NCBI RefSeq assembly: GCF_963921235.1
Contig: NC_086097.1
Coordinates: 166,534,001 to 166,598,000, forward strand
DNA length: 64,000 bases
Source of the DNA: Mobula hypostoma
Lineage: Eukaryota
Direction of reading: 5' to 3'
The translations under genes were made by a program, and so were the position numbers. Below the pieces are notes generated by a model that saw nothing but the letters and a program-made list of their open reading frames with translations, searched no databases and had not been told where the DNA came from. Positions 50,501 to 59,199 of the stretch are shown here, piece by piece. The stretch's first letter is position 1, and each line of letters starts with the position of its first letter.

Positions 50501-53500
50501 ACGGTGGATGAAAGGACTGCACGTCTCCAGAATGACAACATGAAGCACAGGGGTGGCAGTTCAACCAGAAATGATGCTATTAAAAGTGTCCTTCGTTAGA
50601 CGTCGTTCTTCTTTAATAAACTGAGGTTTTCTTCTTCAATTTCCAAAACAAAGCAATACCAATAGCATTCAGGAAAATTTAATGTTCATTCTGGTCACAT
50701 CAGACTGCAGTACCCTTGTCTGAAATGGTGCCCCAATGGGTCACCCCGTTGTCTAGTACACCAACTATTGCTGACTCACCAGAGAATTTCTGCAGATGAC
50801 ATGACTCAGTGTCCGAGGTATACAGGGTAAACAGGAAATGGACCAATACAGTCCCCTGTGGGGCCCCAGTGCTGCTTATAGCCATGTCTGACACACAGCT
50901 GTGAAGCTGCACAAACAGTCTGCCAGTCAGACTGCCAGTCCAATATCCAGGATACAATGGAAGAGCCAACCTGCATTGAATGGAGCTATTCCCCCAGCAA
51001 TGAGGGCTGTATGGTATTGAAGGCACTTGTGAAATCAAAAAATATGATCCTCACAGTGCTGCCCTGCTTATCCAAATGTGAATAGGCTCTGTTCAGCAGG
51101 TAGATACCAGCACCGTTGACTCTAATCTGTTCCTGGTAGATAAACTGCAGGGGATCGAGGGCTGATCTGACCAGGGGTTGGAGGTGAGCCAGGACCAGCC
51201 ATTCTAGGGTCTTCATGATATGTGAGGTCAGGGCCAGTGGCAGTCATTCAAGACTTTTGGTCTGCCCTTCTTGGGTACTAGGACCACGCATGATGTTTTC
51301 TGCACAGTCGGGACCCTTTCCTGGCTGAAACTCGGATTGAAAATCCGCTGGAAAACTCAACACTGCTGCTTAGCACACTCCTTCAGAACTTTGAGGTTCA
51401 CAAGGTGGGTCTGTGATGACTGAGCAGTTGGTGGAAGGTGGGGGCTGGGGGAGGTGAAGATCAGGATGATAGCAGTTGGTATGTGGAGGTATGGATGGTA
51501 GGTGCAGGGGAAGGAAGGGATGGAGACAATGGTAGCCTGTGTTCATCCACGTGTTGAAATGGAGGAGGGGAGGCATTGATCCTGAGGGAGCATTGGGTGC
51601 CTTGGCACCTGGACTGGTGTGCTGGGGGCGGTAACAGGAGGGCAATTGTCAAACCTATTGAAGAATTGGTTTAATTCATTAGCCTATTCACAGCTGCATT
51701 CTGAGGCTCTGCAGCTTGGCTGATTGAAGCCAGTGATGTTCTTCATGCCTCTCCACACCTCCGTTGTGCTACTCTGCCCAAGCTCGTTCTCCAACTCTCT
51801 GTTGTATTACTGTTTAGCCACCTCTGCACATGTTTCAATTCCTTCCTGTCTCCTGATCATTTTGTGGTTGAGAAGAGCCTTCAGATCACTAGTGACCCAT
51901 CGCTTTTTGTTAGGGAAGCAGCGACCAGTCCTTGATGATATTACCATGTCCACACAGAAGTTGATATAGCCAGTGATGCAATCAATAAGTCTGTTTAATG
52001 TCCTCCCTATATGGTTCACAAAGCACATACTGGTCAGTAACCTCAAAGCAGCCCTTAAAGGCCTCGATAGCCTCTGGAGACCCTTTCTTTACTGTTTTGA
52101 TGTACTTTGGGCTTGTTACAAGGGCATGAGGTGAACCAGATTGTGATCTGATAGGAGACCATTTAAGGCTGCTCCATCATTTGACAGGTATTGGCCAGAA
52201 CTTTGCAAGTTTCAGCTTTTCTTTAATTACAATAATTTCAATCCTGAATATACTCAATAGCCCAGTGTCTGCTGTACTCAAGTAGAAAGTTCAAAAGGTT
52301 TATGAATGAAGAAATTTCTTTATCTCAATATGATCAACCACAAATCTGATTCCCTTTCTGTTCTTTTCGTCCCTTCCCCCCACGCATCCAACTTCCTGAT
52401 TCTCCCCGTTCCCACATCACACTCTCCCAGCCCCCCTCCTTTCCTATCCTTGTCTCTCACCTCTTTGTTTCTATTCACCACTTCACACACAGGATATCCC
52501 CCACTCTACATCTGCTGTTCACCTGTCTCCTATTGATTGCTATTCTCACTTCCTTATCAGAACCGAGCAGTGGTAGTGCTTTGTATTCCTGCTTATCACT
52601 GTCCATTTGCTGTCTCCTACCTTGGGCCAGAAACTTTCTGGTCCTGAGTTGCATGGCTTTATATCACTACATAGCATTTTTTTTGTTCCAGCATAGGTCA
52701 AGGTACAATTTTCTGCAGGAACCTTGGTTCATAGCTCTGTTGCGAGTTCAGGAGAGCTGTGCCACATGAACAAAAAGTCATCAAGCCACTGTTATATATG
52801 GCTTCCAATCTCTTTAAAAGCATTGTATCATATCCACATCCTGCTTAAGCCAGAGAATTCTAGAGACAAATATCAAAGTTGTATTATACATGCATACTTT
52901 GGCAATAAAATGAACCTTTTTCTATTGAGCCAAATTTGTCAGCCTTCTCACTACAAAATTTGGAATGAGGTTTTTCTACAGAATTGGAGGTAAATTATCT
53001 AAAATCAGAGTTATTTTGTAAATTTAGCACAATTTTCAGTAGTTTTGTTGTTTATCATCATCATGGTACTGTAGTCAGTTATGCAGCCTGAGAACCTGCA
53101 CTGACCATCGCACACTGATATATTCTACCCCCACTCTCCTTCACAATGGGGAAATGTAGAAACTGGAATTATTTAGTCCAAGTTGCTTTCTGTTGCATGG
53201 TGATGTTTCATACTTAGGAGCGGTGGAATTTCATCTGGATTACACATCTCTAAATGCTAGTGCACAGGCACAAAATTAATTTAAAAGATTTATTGAAGTT
53301 TTGTTTTATCCAGTGGGAGGGATTATAAAAATGGGACATGGTTTCATAGTCCATCTACAAGAAAAAGTATATTGACTTTTGGGACAATGTAGGTTCATAA
53401 AAATTCCAAAGCAGAGCACTGGTGTTCATTTACCACAAACTGCCAGAGTGCTTCATGGGTTGCTGTCCCTGGTCCAGATGGATTCTACAGATCATTGTGT

Positions 53501-53827
53501 AGCAGGTAGCACAGTGAAATCATTAGTGAAAGAATGGTTAAAATTACATCAGTATTGTTCCTATTCCCAGTGAATGAATAATTATTAGAAAACAATGTGC
53601 AAATTCATGGGAAAATATCATTCTGTTAGTTATTTGAACATCTTATTCTTGAGACTATTTAATCTAATCTATTTTCCTAGTATGCCAAACTCTCTCTGAG
53701 TTTGAGAGTTCCTGGAGGAGGAACAAAAAAGAAGTCACCTGCGCAACAAAAAAATGGAGAGTCTGCACAAAAGCAACCTGATGGTTTTGAAGAAGAGGAT
53801 GATGACTACTCCTCTGGATTGTGCTAA
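14087..53827 (+). CDS. NAPG: NAPG / gamma-SNAP (gamma-soluble NSF attachment protein), 12 coding exons, 312 aa
   Basis: Exons of 53+68+85+18+31+110+67+71+79+80+130+147 = 939 nt join in frame with GT-AG boundaries. Translation MAQKINEALEHIAAAEKCLKTSFLKWKPDYDGAASEYGKAA...LFKYMDNDYAKLSLSLRVPGGG...DDDYSSGLC* matches recalled vertebrate gamma-SNAP along its length. Confidence 0.98.
16545..17005 (+). mobile_element. CR1-type LINE 3' fragment
   Basis: ORF 16636..16911 ESRTRGHCLRIEG...FFSQRVVNLWNSLPQ. Confidence 0.85.
17121..17188 (+). CDS. NAPG: NAPG exon 2 (LKTSFLKWKPDYDGAASEYGKA)
   Basis: ttccAG acceptor, CAG|GTAAGG donor. Confidence 0.97.
17490..18680 (-). mobile_element. Two adjacent Rex/Babar-type LINE 3' fragments
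   Basis: ORF 17730..18110 FYHCTIESILTYCIPVWY...FELLPSGRRY...RLKNSFF and ORF 18295..18513 IETILTCYITAQY.NCSVTDRKALQR. Confidence 0.8.
19753..20667 (-). mobile_element. Solo LTR (probably Gypsy-type) containing (TG)n and (CCCCTCT)n microsatellites
   Basis: TGTTACA...ATGACA termini, minus-strand AATAAA near 19837-19842, CpG-retaining body. Flanked by the 15-bp direct repeat tttaagatgacattg. Confidence 0.7.
20474..20579. repeat. (TG)n dinucleotide followed by (CCCCTCT)n heptamer microsatellite
   Basis: Directly visible; explains low-complexity ORFs such as 20313..20678. Confidence 0.95.
21160..21378. mobile_element. Fold-back Penelope pseudo-LTR remnant with a degenerate hammerhead
   Basis: acacacaaaatgctgaaggaactcagcagg... 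pairs with ...ctgcagagttcctcctgcattttgtgtgt. Central cttgatgaaaggttttggcccaaaacgtc. Confidence 0.75.
21813..21897 (+). CDS. NAPG: NAPG exon 3 (IAFKNAKQYDQAKDAFLKEAESHQNNR)
   Basis: ctacAG acceptor; ends at U12-type donor GTATCCTTTT. Confidence 0.96.
21898..24147 (+). other. NAPG: U12-type (minor spliceosome) GT-AG intron, NAPG intron 3
   Basis: 5' splice site GTATCCTTTT at 21898. Branch site TTCCTTAAC at 24123-24131, ending 14 nt before the terminal AG (24146-24147). Confidence 0.95.
23135..23780 (-). mobile_element. Penelope-like 3' fragment (GIY-YIG C-terminus and pseudo-LTR) inside the U12 intron
   Basis: Closely similar to 7632-8250; carries gtgacgaagggtctcggcccgaaacatc. Confidence 0.88.
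24148..24165 (+). CDS. NAPG: NAPG exon 4, 18-nt micro-exon (FFHAAK)
   Basis: AG|T TTC TTT CAC GCT GCA AA|GTAAGT supplies the ALFHAAK-equivalent segment missing between exons 3 and 5. Confidence 0.95.
24563..24686 (-). mobile_element. tRNA-derived SINE 5' part
   Basis: Minus strand gtggcgcaTGGCCAAGTGGttaaggcg...gagcTCGAGCC (A-box/B-box-like), then the gtgtccttgagcaaggcacttaacc core. Confidence 0.75.
24892..26389 (-). mobile_element. Tc1-like DNA transposon, degenerate
   Basis: About 200-bp TIRs CAGTGGTGCTAGAAA...GTGAACCCT. Transposase fragments LWTDE, TVKHGGRSIMVWGCFAASGPG, MQQDNDPK, LWKDLKQAVHARKPTNIPELKQFCKEEW. Confidence 0.92.
26570..27145 (-). mobile_element. CR1-type LINE 3' fragment
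   Basis: RGLEYKSKDILLNLYKALI on the minus strand plus CR1 tail. Confidence 0.8.
27540..28465 (+). mobile_element. Rex/Babar-type LINE fragment split by a short CR1 tail (27698-27880, aactc duplicated)
   Basis: KTKEIIVDFR...FKFLGIHISDDLTWS, FYCCTIESILTNCISVWYGNC; ends aataaaattg(aatct)n. Confidence 0.85.
29726..33820 (-). mobile_element. Penelope-like element (RT, GIY-YIG and pseudo-LTR) interrupted by a CR1 LINE
   Basis: RT motifs FPMDVQSLDTSIPHQEGL and MGTRMGPSYACLF in 33275-33820. GIY-YIG IYCVRCSRCSLLYIGET in ORF 30147..30434. The sequence resumes exactly across the CR1 insertion. Confidence 0.92.
31119..33274 (+). mobile_element. CR1-type LINE ORF2 (RT) fragment of about 2.15 kb nested in Penelope
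   Basis: ORF 31403..32110 KTPGPDGMHPRVLKE...PEDWKIASVTPLFKKG...NYRPVSLTSVVGKLLE...QHGFLKGNSCLTNL; also SGVPQESVLG and KFADD. gaaag is duplicated at the junctions. Confidence 0.95.
34550..34580 (+). CDS. NAPG: NAPG exon 5 (AFEQAGMMLK)
   Basis: ctccacAG acceptor, AAG|GTTGGT donor. Confidence 0.95.
35575..35684 (+). CDS. NAPG: NAPG exon 6 (EMQKLPEAVQLIEKASMMFVENGTPDTAAMALDRAG)
   Basis: atatAG acceptor, AA|GTAAGA donor. Confidence 0.97.
37129..37195 (+). CDS. NAPG: NAPG exon 7 (LIENVNLEKAVDLYQQAASVFE)
   Basis: tttcAG acceptor, GAG|GTAGGT donor. Confidence 0.97.
38229..38299 (+). CDS. NAPG: NAPG exon 8 (NEDRLRQSAELLGKVSRLLVRAR)
   Basis: tttatAG acceptor, AG|GTAAGT donor. Confidence 0.97.
39009..39087 (+). 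CDS. NAPG: NAPG exon 9 (LDEAAGSLQKEKNIYKEIENYPTCFK)
   Basis: Less common AAG acceptor (tgtttaAG), AAG|GTAATC donor. Confidence 0.97.
39231..40904 (-). mobile_element. hAT (Charlie/Buster/SPIN-like) deletion derivative
   Basis: Perfect 8-bp TSD ttctagaa at 39223-39230 and 40905-40912. TIR CAGGGGTAGGCAACC on the minus strand. Transposase C-terminus DWLATLAFLVDITSHLNNLNLQLQG, MELIEMQCD, SLFGST. Confidence 0.92.
42385..43979 (-). mobile_element. Near full-length Tc1 (DD34E) transposon with a frameshifted transposase
   Basis: TA|CAAACCCCATTTCCAGAAAAGTTGGGA...|TA with about 210-bp TIRs. HTH region in ORF 43163..43630. Catalytic QQDNARPH...SPIE with 34 residues between D and E in ORF 42605..43087. 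Confidence 0.96.
44008..45585 (-). mobile_element. pogo/Tigger deletion derivative of the same family as 5663-6916, with an internal palindrome
   Basis: Shares termini and 5' region with 5663-6916 (cttccgtaacagtgag...ggggacacctg|ta). Keeps a different, C-terminal-like coding piece (ORF 44810..45112). Confidence 0.88.
45841..46578 (-). mobile_element. Young Rex/Babar LINE 3' fragment with a 9-bp TSD
   Basis: ORF 46078..46569 VEDYKYLG...KKGQNHLYFLRRLRSF, (actatg)n tail, TSD aagttacat at 45832-45840 and 46579-46587. A closely similar copy lies at 57318-57775. Confidence 0.9.
47099..47178 (+). CDS. NAPG: NAPG exon 10 (KTIAQVLVHLHRNDYVAADKCVRESY)
   Basis: ctttAG acceptor, AG|GTAAGC donor. Confidence 0.97.
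47464..47607 (-). mobile_element. 144-bp Penelope pseudo-LTR insertion with a 14-bp TSD
   Basis: TSD agagtaaaaatctt at 47450-47463 and 47608-47621; body matches the Penelope terminus. Confidence 0.9.
47561..47598 (-). ncRNA. Minimal type-I hammerhead ribozyme motif (Penelope-associated), antisense to NAPG
   Basis: uaguc CUGACGA agggucucggccu GAAA ca UC gacug. Core boxes intact; helix-III palindrome ACGU changed to ACAU. Confidence 0.6.
48697..48826 (+). CDS. NAPG: NAPG exon 11 (IPGFNGSEDCIALEQLLEGFDQQDQDQVFAICNSALFKYMDND)
   Basis: taacAG acceptor, GAT|GTAAGT donor; visible in ORF 48665..48856. Confidence 0.97.
48880..52160 (-). mobile_element. Rex/Babar-type LINE (RT region) interrupted by a Helitron
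   Basis: MKTLEWLVLAHL...LDPLQF, VRIIFFDFTSAFNTIQP, STGAPQGTVL...CHLQKFSGESAIVG|CIKG, LNISKTREIVMDFRK. Confidence 0.88.
49642..50756 (+). mobile_element. Non-autonomous Helitron (1115 bp)
   Basis: A|TCTATATACTACTAAAA 5' end. Subterminal hairpin caatggg-tca-ccccgttg then CTAG|T 3' end, no TSD. Removing it restores the host RT reading IVGCIKG. Carries charged R/E-rich repeats (RLQDQR) like RepHel N-termini. Confidence 0.9.
53681..53827 (+). CDS. NAPG: NAPG exon 12, coding part (YAKLSLSLRVPGGGTKKK...DYSSGLC*)
   Basis: ttcctAG acceptor, TAA stop at 53825-53827, acidic tail ending GLC as in gamma-SNAP. Confidence 0.97.
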   Translation, partial: YAKLSLSLRVPGGGTKKKSPAQQKNGESAQKQPDGFEEEDDDYSSGLC

Positions 53828-54114
53828 CTGTGGACAAATCTTGTTTGATATCACTTGAATCAACTTGAATTGCTATGAAGTGATGGAGGCCAAAGCTCGG
53901 AAGCATTTATTTTACATCATAACTCCATGTTTGTTTAGTTGTCAGCCTGTAACCTGTGAGATTCTGATTTGCATAAAAATGGCGCAAGTGCTAGATTAAT
54001 TTATACGTTGTGAAGTATTTAGATTTGACTAACTCTGCATTATATATAATTTGATATTAAGTGTCCTTTTTATTTTGAAATGTAATCTTAAAATGCAGTT
54101 TCTTTTTGGTTCTA

Positions 54115-54120
54115 AATAAA
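54115..54120 (+). terminator. Candidate NAPG polyadenylation signal (AATAAA); an AGTAAA alternative lies at 54851
   Basis: AATAAA about 290 nt after the stop, followed by T/GT-rich sequence in an AT-rich 3'UTR. Confidence 0.45.
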
Positions 54121-55536
54121 TGTTTTAAATCAGTGTAATTAAACTTGTTGTTTTATAAGAATATTTTCTCAATGTCCTAAAGGTAATTTATTATTTATTG
54201 TATAGATTCATCTTCAATTTAGTAAGACATTAATTGATGACACAAAACTTTGGAATATTTCAACATTTTTTACAATGTTTGATTTAATATTCCAATCGAC
54301 ACCATAGATCTGAAATATTGTACAGTTACCAAAAGGATACTAATCTTTAAGGTTGCATATCATGTTGTTTTCTGCATCAGTGTCATAGTGTGAGAACATA
54401 TGCCTGAAAATGATTTGTATGTTTTCCAGTAGAATTCAGTGTTTATGGTTATCATTGTAATTCTGTGTGTATATATACAAGCGTTTGTATATAAATTCCA
54501 ATTCAATTGATAAGCAATGGGCATGTTCTAGCAATTGTCAGTTAATATATCCTTTGTGGTGATTAGCAACTTGAAAAGTTTATTTTGTAAGTACATTTTA
54601 ATGTTAGTCCTTTTTATCTTAAAAGTACACTGCTATCAATATCTGCAGTGGCCTTCAGTTACTTCATGATCATATAAATATTAACACAGGATCATAACAA
54701 TAATATCCTTGCCTTGTTGCCACTTTGGAAAAAAGAACTTTGATTTCCAAGAGCTTGTTGGTATTCGTTATCTATCTGTACTTGGCAATGATGCTGTGGT
54801 GTAAACATAAAGTTGCTTTGTTATGTACACAGGTTTGAAATTTCATTCAAAGTAAAGTATTGTATTTAAATGGAAAGTGTTTCATTATTGTTTTTACTGA
54901 ATCTTTTTCAGTTTGTGCTATACTTTATTTTTGATGCAAGGACCTCAAATTAAGCTTGACCTCAGTATTACAACTCACTCATGGTCCTCAGTTTGTCTTT
55001 TGCATATTGGTTCTTTATTATATTTTTTCCTGTAAATGCCTGCAGGAAAATGAATTTCAGGGCAGTATGGTAATATATATGTACTTCGATAATAAATTTA
55101 CTTGAAACTTTGAGCAAGTCTTGAAGAAACAGATTGATTTAATGTTTTTATGTCATCCAAGCCCTTTTACATTCAATTGAGTACCTTGATGAGGTATAAT
55201 ATGACTCCATAGACCATTCACTTGTTTAATTTATAAATTAAGCACCTGTTCTACGCTTGTTAGGACAGTGATTATACTAAAAACAGAAATACTCAGTGGA
55301 CCAAGCAGCAACTGTGGCAAGTGAAGTAGTTAAACAGTTAATAGTTTGGTTCAAGGACTTGATGAAACCGGAAATGTTAGTAACTGTCTGATCTGCTGTG
55401 CATTTTCTATGGTTTTTCATATTAACAGACATAAGAACATAAGAAATAGGAGCAGGAGTAGCCCATCTGGCCTGTCAAGCCTGCACCGCCAATAAATAAG
55501 ATCATTGCTGATCTGGCCATACACTCGTTTCCACCT

Positions 55537-56430
55537 AAGGGCAGGTAGTGTTGAGGAACCAGGTAGGATGCAGAAGGACTTAAGCAGATTATGAGAATGG
55601 GCAGAAAAGTGGCAAATGAAATACAATGTTGGAAAATGCATGGTCACGCACTTTGGTGGTAGAAATAAATGTGCAGACTATTTTCTAAATGGGGAGAAAA
55701 TCCAAAAATCTGAGATGCAAAGGGAATTGGAAGCCCTTGTGCAGTACACTCTAAAGTTTAACTTGGGGGTTGAGTCGGTGGTGAGGAAGGTAAGTGCCGT
55801 ATCAGCATTCATTTTAAGAGGTCTAGAATACAAGAGCAAGGATGTGATGCTAAGGTTTTATAAGGCACTGGTGAAGCCTCACCTTGAGTACTATGAACAG
55901 TTTTGGGCCCCCTCATCTTAGAAAAGATGTGCTGACATTGGAGAGGGTCCAGAGGAGATTCACAAGGATAATTCCAGGAATGAAAGAGTTAGCATATGAG
56001 TAACGTTTGGGTTGGGACTCACTGGAATTCAGAAGGATGGGGGGTGGGGGGGATTTCATTGATTCCTTTCAAATGTTGAAAGGCCTAGACAGAGTAGATG
56101 TGGAAAGGATATTTCCCATGGTGGGAGAGTCTAGGACAAGAGGGCACAGCTTCAGGATAGAGGGGCGCTCTTTCAAAACACATGGAGAGAAATTTCTTCA
56201 GCCAAAGAGTGGTGAATTTGTGGAATTTGTTGCTACATGCAGCTGTGGAGGTCAGGTCATTGGGTGTATTTAAGGTAGAGATTGATATATTCTTGATTGG
56301 ACATCAAAGGTTACAGGGAGGAGGCCAGGAACTGGAGTTGAGGATGAGGAAAAAAATCAGCCATGATTGAATGGCAGAGCAGACTTGATGGGCCAGATGG
56401 CCTAATTCTGCTGCTATATCTTATGGTTGA
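55537..56430 (+). mobile_element. CR1-type LINE 3' fragment, with an oppositely oriented CR1 tail at 55425-55535
   Basis: ORF 55616..55921 MKYNVGKCMVTHFG...RGLEYKSKDVMLRFYKALVKPHLEY. Confidence 0.88.
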
Positions 56431-57197
56431 AATCTACTCCCCCAAATCTTAAGGCCATGTCCCCCAGTTAGTCTCATCTGTCAGTGGAAATGGCTTTCCT
56501 GCCTCTATCTATCCCTTTCAGAATTTTATGTGCTTCTGTAAGATCTCCCGTGGTTTTGCTTTTTGAAGGCTAGTTATATTATATGCAAGGTTGTCACTGT
56601 CCTTGGATGTGACCTGCTAATGAAAATAACCTACATATGACCCACCACCATGTGTTCAAAAAGTAATTTAAACATTCCTCTTTTCAAAATAGGGAGAAAA
56701 TTGGCTTATTGTTATTTCTCTACAACATATACAATATATACGTTGTAGAGTGTTGTAATATACATAGTCTTTCACATATGTTGTAGATTGCTCCAAGCGC
56801 TGAGCCGATTTGGTGGGATTGAGAACAGCCTCGAGCTGTCCATTCTGTTCCATTCAGCTCCATTCTACTCACTCTGTCTCTGGGGAAACAAGCTTAGCTT
56901 ATCCAGTGCAGCATACAAAATGCTGGAGGGACTCAGTGGGTCAGACTGCATCTCTGGAGATAAGTCGACTGTTGATGTTTCAGACCTTGACTTCTGGCCC
57001 CATAAGGTATTGTGTCATGATGTCAAATGTTGACAAGGAAAGTTCATATTATTTAGTATCCTTGATCAGCTGATGAATCTGGTCTCTTTCATGTTGAACA
57101 ACACCAGTTTAAAAAAAGATTAGCAAGGATTTAGAACATACTTTGATTGTTCTGTCACCAGGTAAATTGGTTCATTATTGCCACATGTGCTGATGTA

Positions 57198-58108
57198 CAA
57201 TGTTCCCTCTAATTTGTAATGACCTGTGTGCAAAAATCTTGTGCTGTACAATTCTTTTGTCCAGTGACAACAACATTTGTGCACTGAATTTTTAAGTGGA
57301 AGTAAACCTGAAGCTATTCATAGTCATAGTCATAGTCATACTTTATTGATCCCGGGGGAAATTGGTTTTCATTACAGTTGCACCATAAATAATTAAATAG
57401 TAATAAAACCATAAATAGTTAAATAGTAATATGTAAATTATGCCAGGAAATAAGTCCAGGACCAGCCTATTGGCTCAGGGTGTCTGACCCTCCAAGGGAG
57501 GAGTTGTAAAGTTTGATGGCCACAGGCAGGAATGACTTCCTATGACGCTCTGTGTTGCATCTCGGTGGAACGAGTCTCTGGTTGAATGTACTCCTGTGCC
57601 CAACCAGTACATTATGTAGTGGATGGGAGACATTGTCCAAGATGGCATGCAACTCGGACAGCATCCTCTTTTTAGACACCACCGTCAGAGAGTCCAGTTC
57701 CATCCCCACAACACCACTGGCCTTACGAATGAGTTTGTTGATTCTGTTTGTGTCTGCTACCCCAGCACACAACAGCCGATAAGTAAGGATAAGTAAGCCA
57801 TTCCACTTTAAATGAACTAGCAGTTCTTTTGCACTTCATACCCTTTGCTTCTTTGGAATTCGACATAGTGAATCAATAATTTCTTCAATAATGAGCCAGT
57901 TCTAAAATTTGCAGAAACGTCATTGCAATCTCCACATTGTGAACAGCGGCCGCATCAGAAATCAGAAAAGAAAATGTGATTATGTATGATCGTAAAGTAT
58001 ACGTAATATGCCAACGAGGTCGAGGGTGACAACTTTTTGTGTGCAGTTTAAATTTCTTTGTACGCTAGTAGCAAATGTGTGCACACGCAAACCTTAGAGG
58101 GAAAATTG
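57198..58108. mobile_element. Probable hAT-type MITE containing a young Rex/Babar fragment (57318-57775, minus)
   Basis: Terminal inverted repeats CAATGTTCCCTCTA / TAGAGGGAAAATTG; no TSD visible. Confidence 0.55.
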
Positions 58109-59199
58109 CATGCCATCCAAATGGATCATTCATTACTACACTGCAGTGAGGCAGTACAAAGGAAAACATCAATAGAATGCAGATAGTGTTACAGTTTTAG
58201 AAAATGTGCAGTGCAAGTAGACATTAAGGTGCAAAGCCTTGAGATCAAAAGTGCATCTTATTGTACAAGGGGACCATTCAATAGTCTTATGACAGTAGGA
58301 TAGAAGCTGTCCTTGAGCACGCTATTAGGCTTTTGTATCTTCTGCCCAGTGGGAGGGGGTACCAGAGAATATCTGTGGTGGGTGGGATCTTTAATGATGG
58401 CTGCTTTACTGGGGTTGAGAGAAGTGTAGAGAGAGTCCTTGGAGGGGAGGCTAGTTTCCATGATGTGCTGAGCTCTATCCACAACTCTCAGTAGTTTCTT
58501 TTGATCTCAGGCAGAGCATCAATAAGAATTGTTGATGGTCAAAGGGGCCATGCCAATTTTCTCAAAACTCTTGCGGAAGTAGAAGCGATGGTGTGCTTTC
58601 TAGGCCATGACATCTAAAACCTCACAATATAGATAATGGCATTTTAAACTAATTGTATTAATGGAGAAAGGGGATTAAGTGCGAGAGAGTTACAGACTCA
58701 CAATAGGAAAGCTATATTTCCTGAAAGATTTTCAAAAATAAATGTTTTTAATAACAGTAAGTTTATTCTGCTACTGTAAGCTAAAAGTTCTAAAGGTTCC
58801 ATGAAACTTTGTTTAGTAAATATCTTTACACAACTGTTAATCCAAGTGATTGCTTGTCAATTTCCAATGGCCTCCCATGGTGAAACTAGCTGCAGCCCTG
58901 TCTTTTGCACTCAGGCTGGCCCAGCTAATGTTGAGGATGGGGATAATTTTGGAGTTTCCTCCTCTCATTTCGTGTTTAATTGTCCATCCCGAATAATGAT
59001 ACAGGTGGTTTTGCTATAAACTTCCAAGAAGCTAGCTGTCAATCGATCAATCAATTCCAATCTAGTTACAGTTATCATACGTAATGTTACAATACAGACA
59101 TCTATTCAAAACTGCCCATACTGTATGTCCTGTTCACAAAACCCAGTACCTTAGGAGGTGGTCATTTCCAAAGTACGAGCTTCAGATAAATTGGTCATT

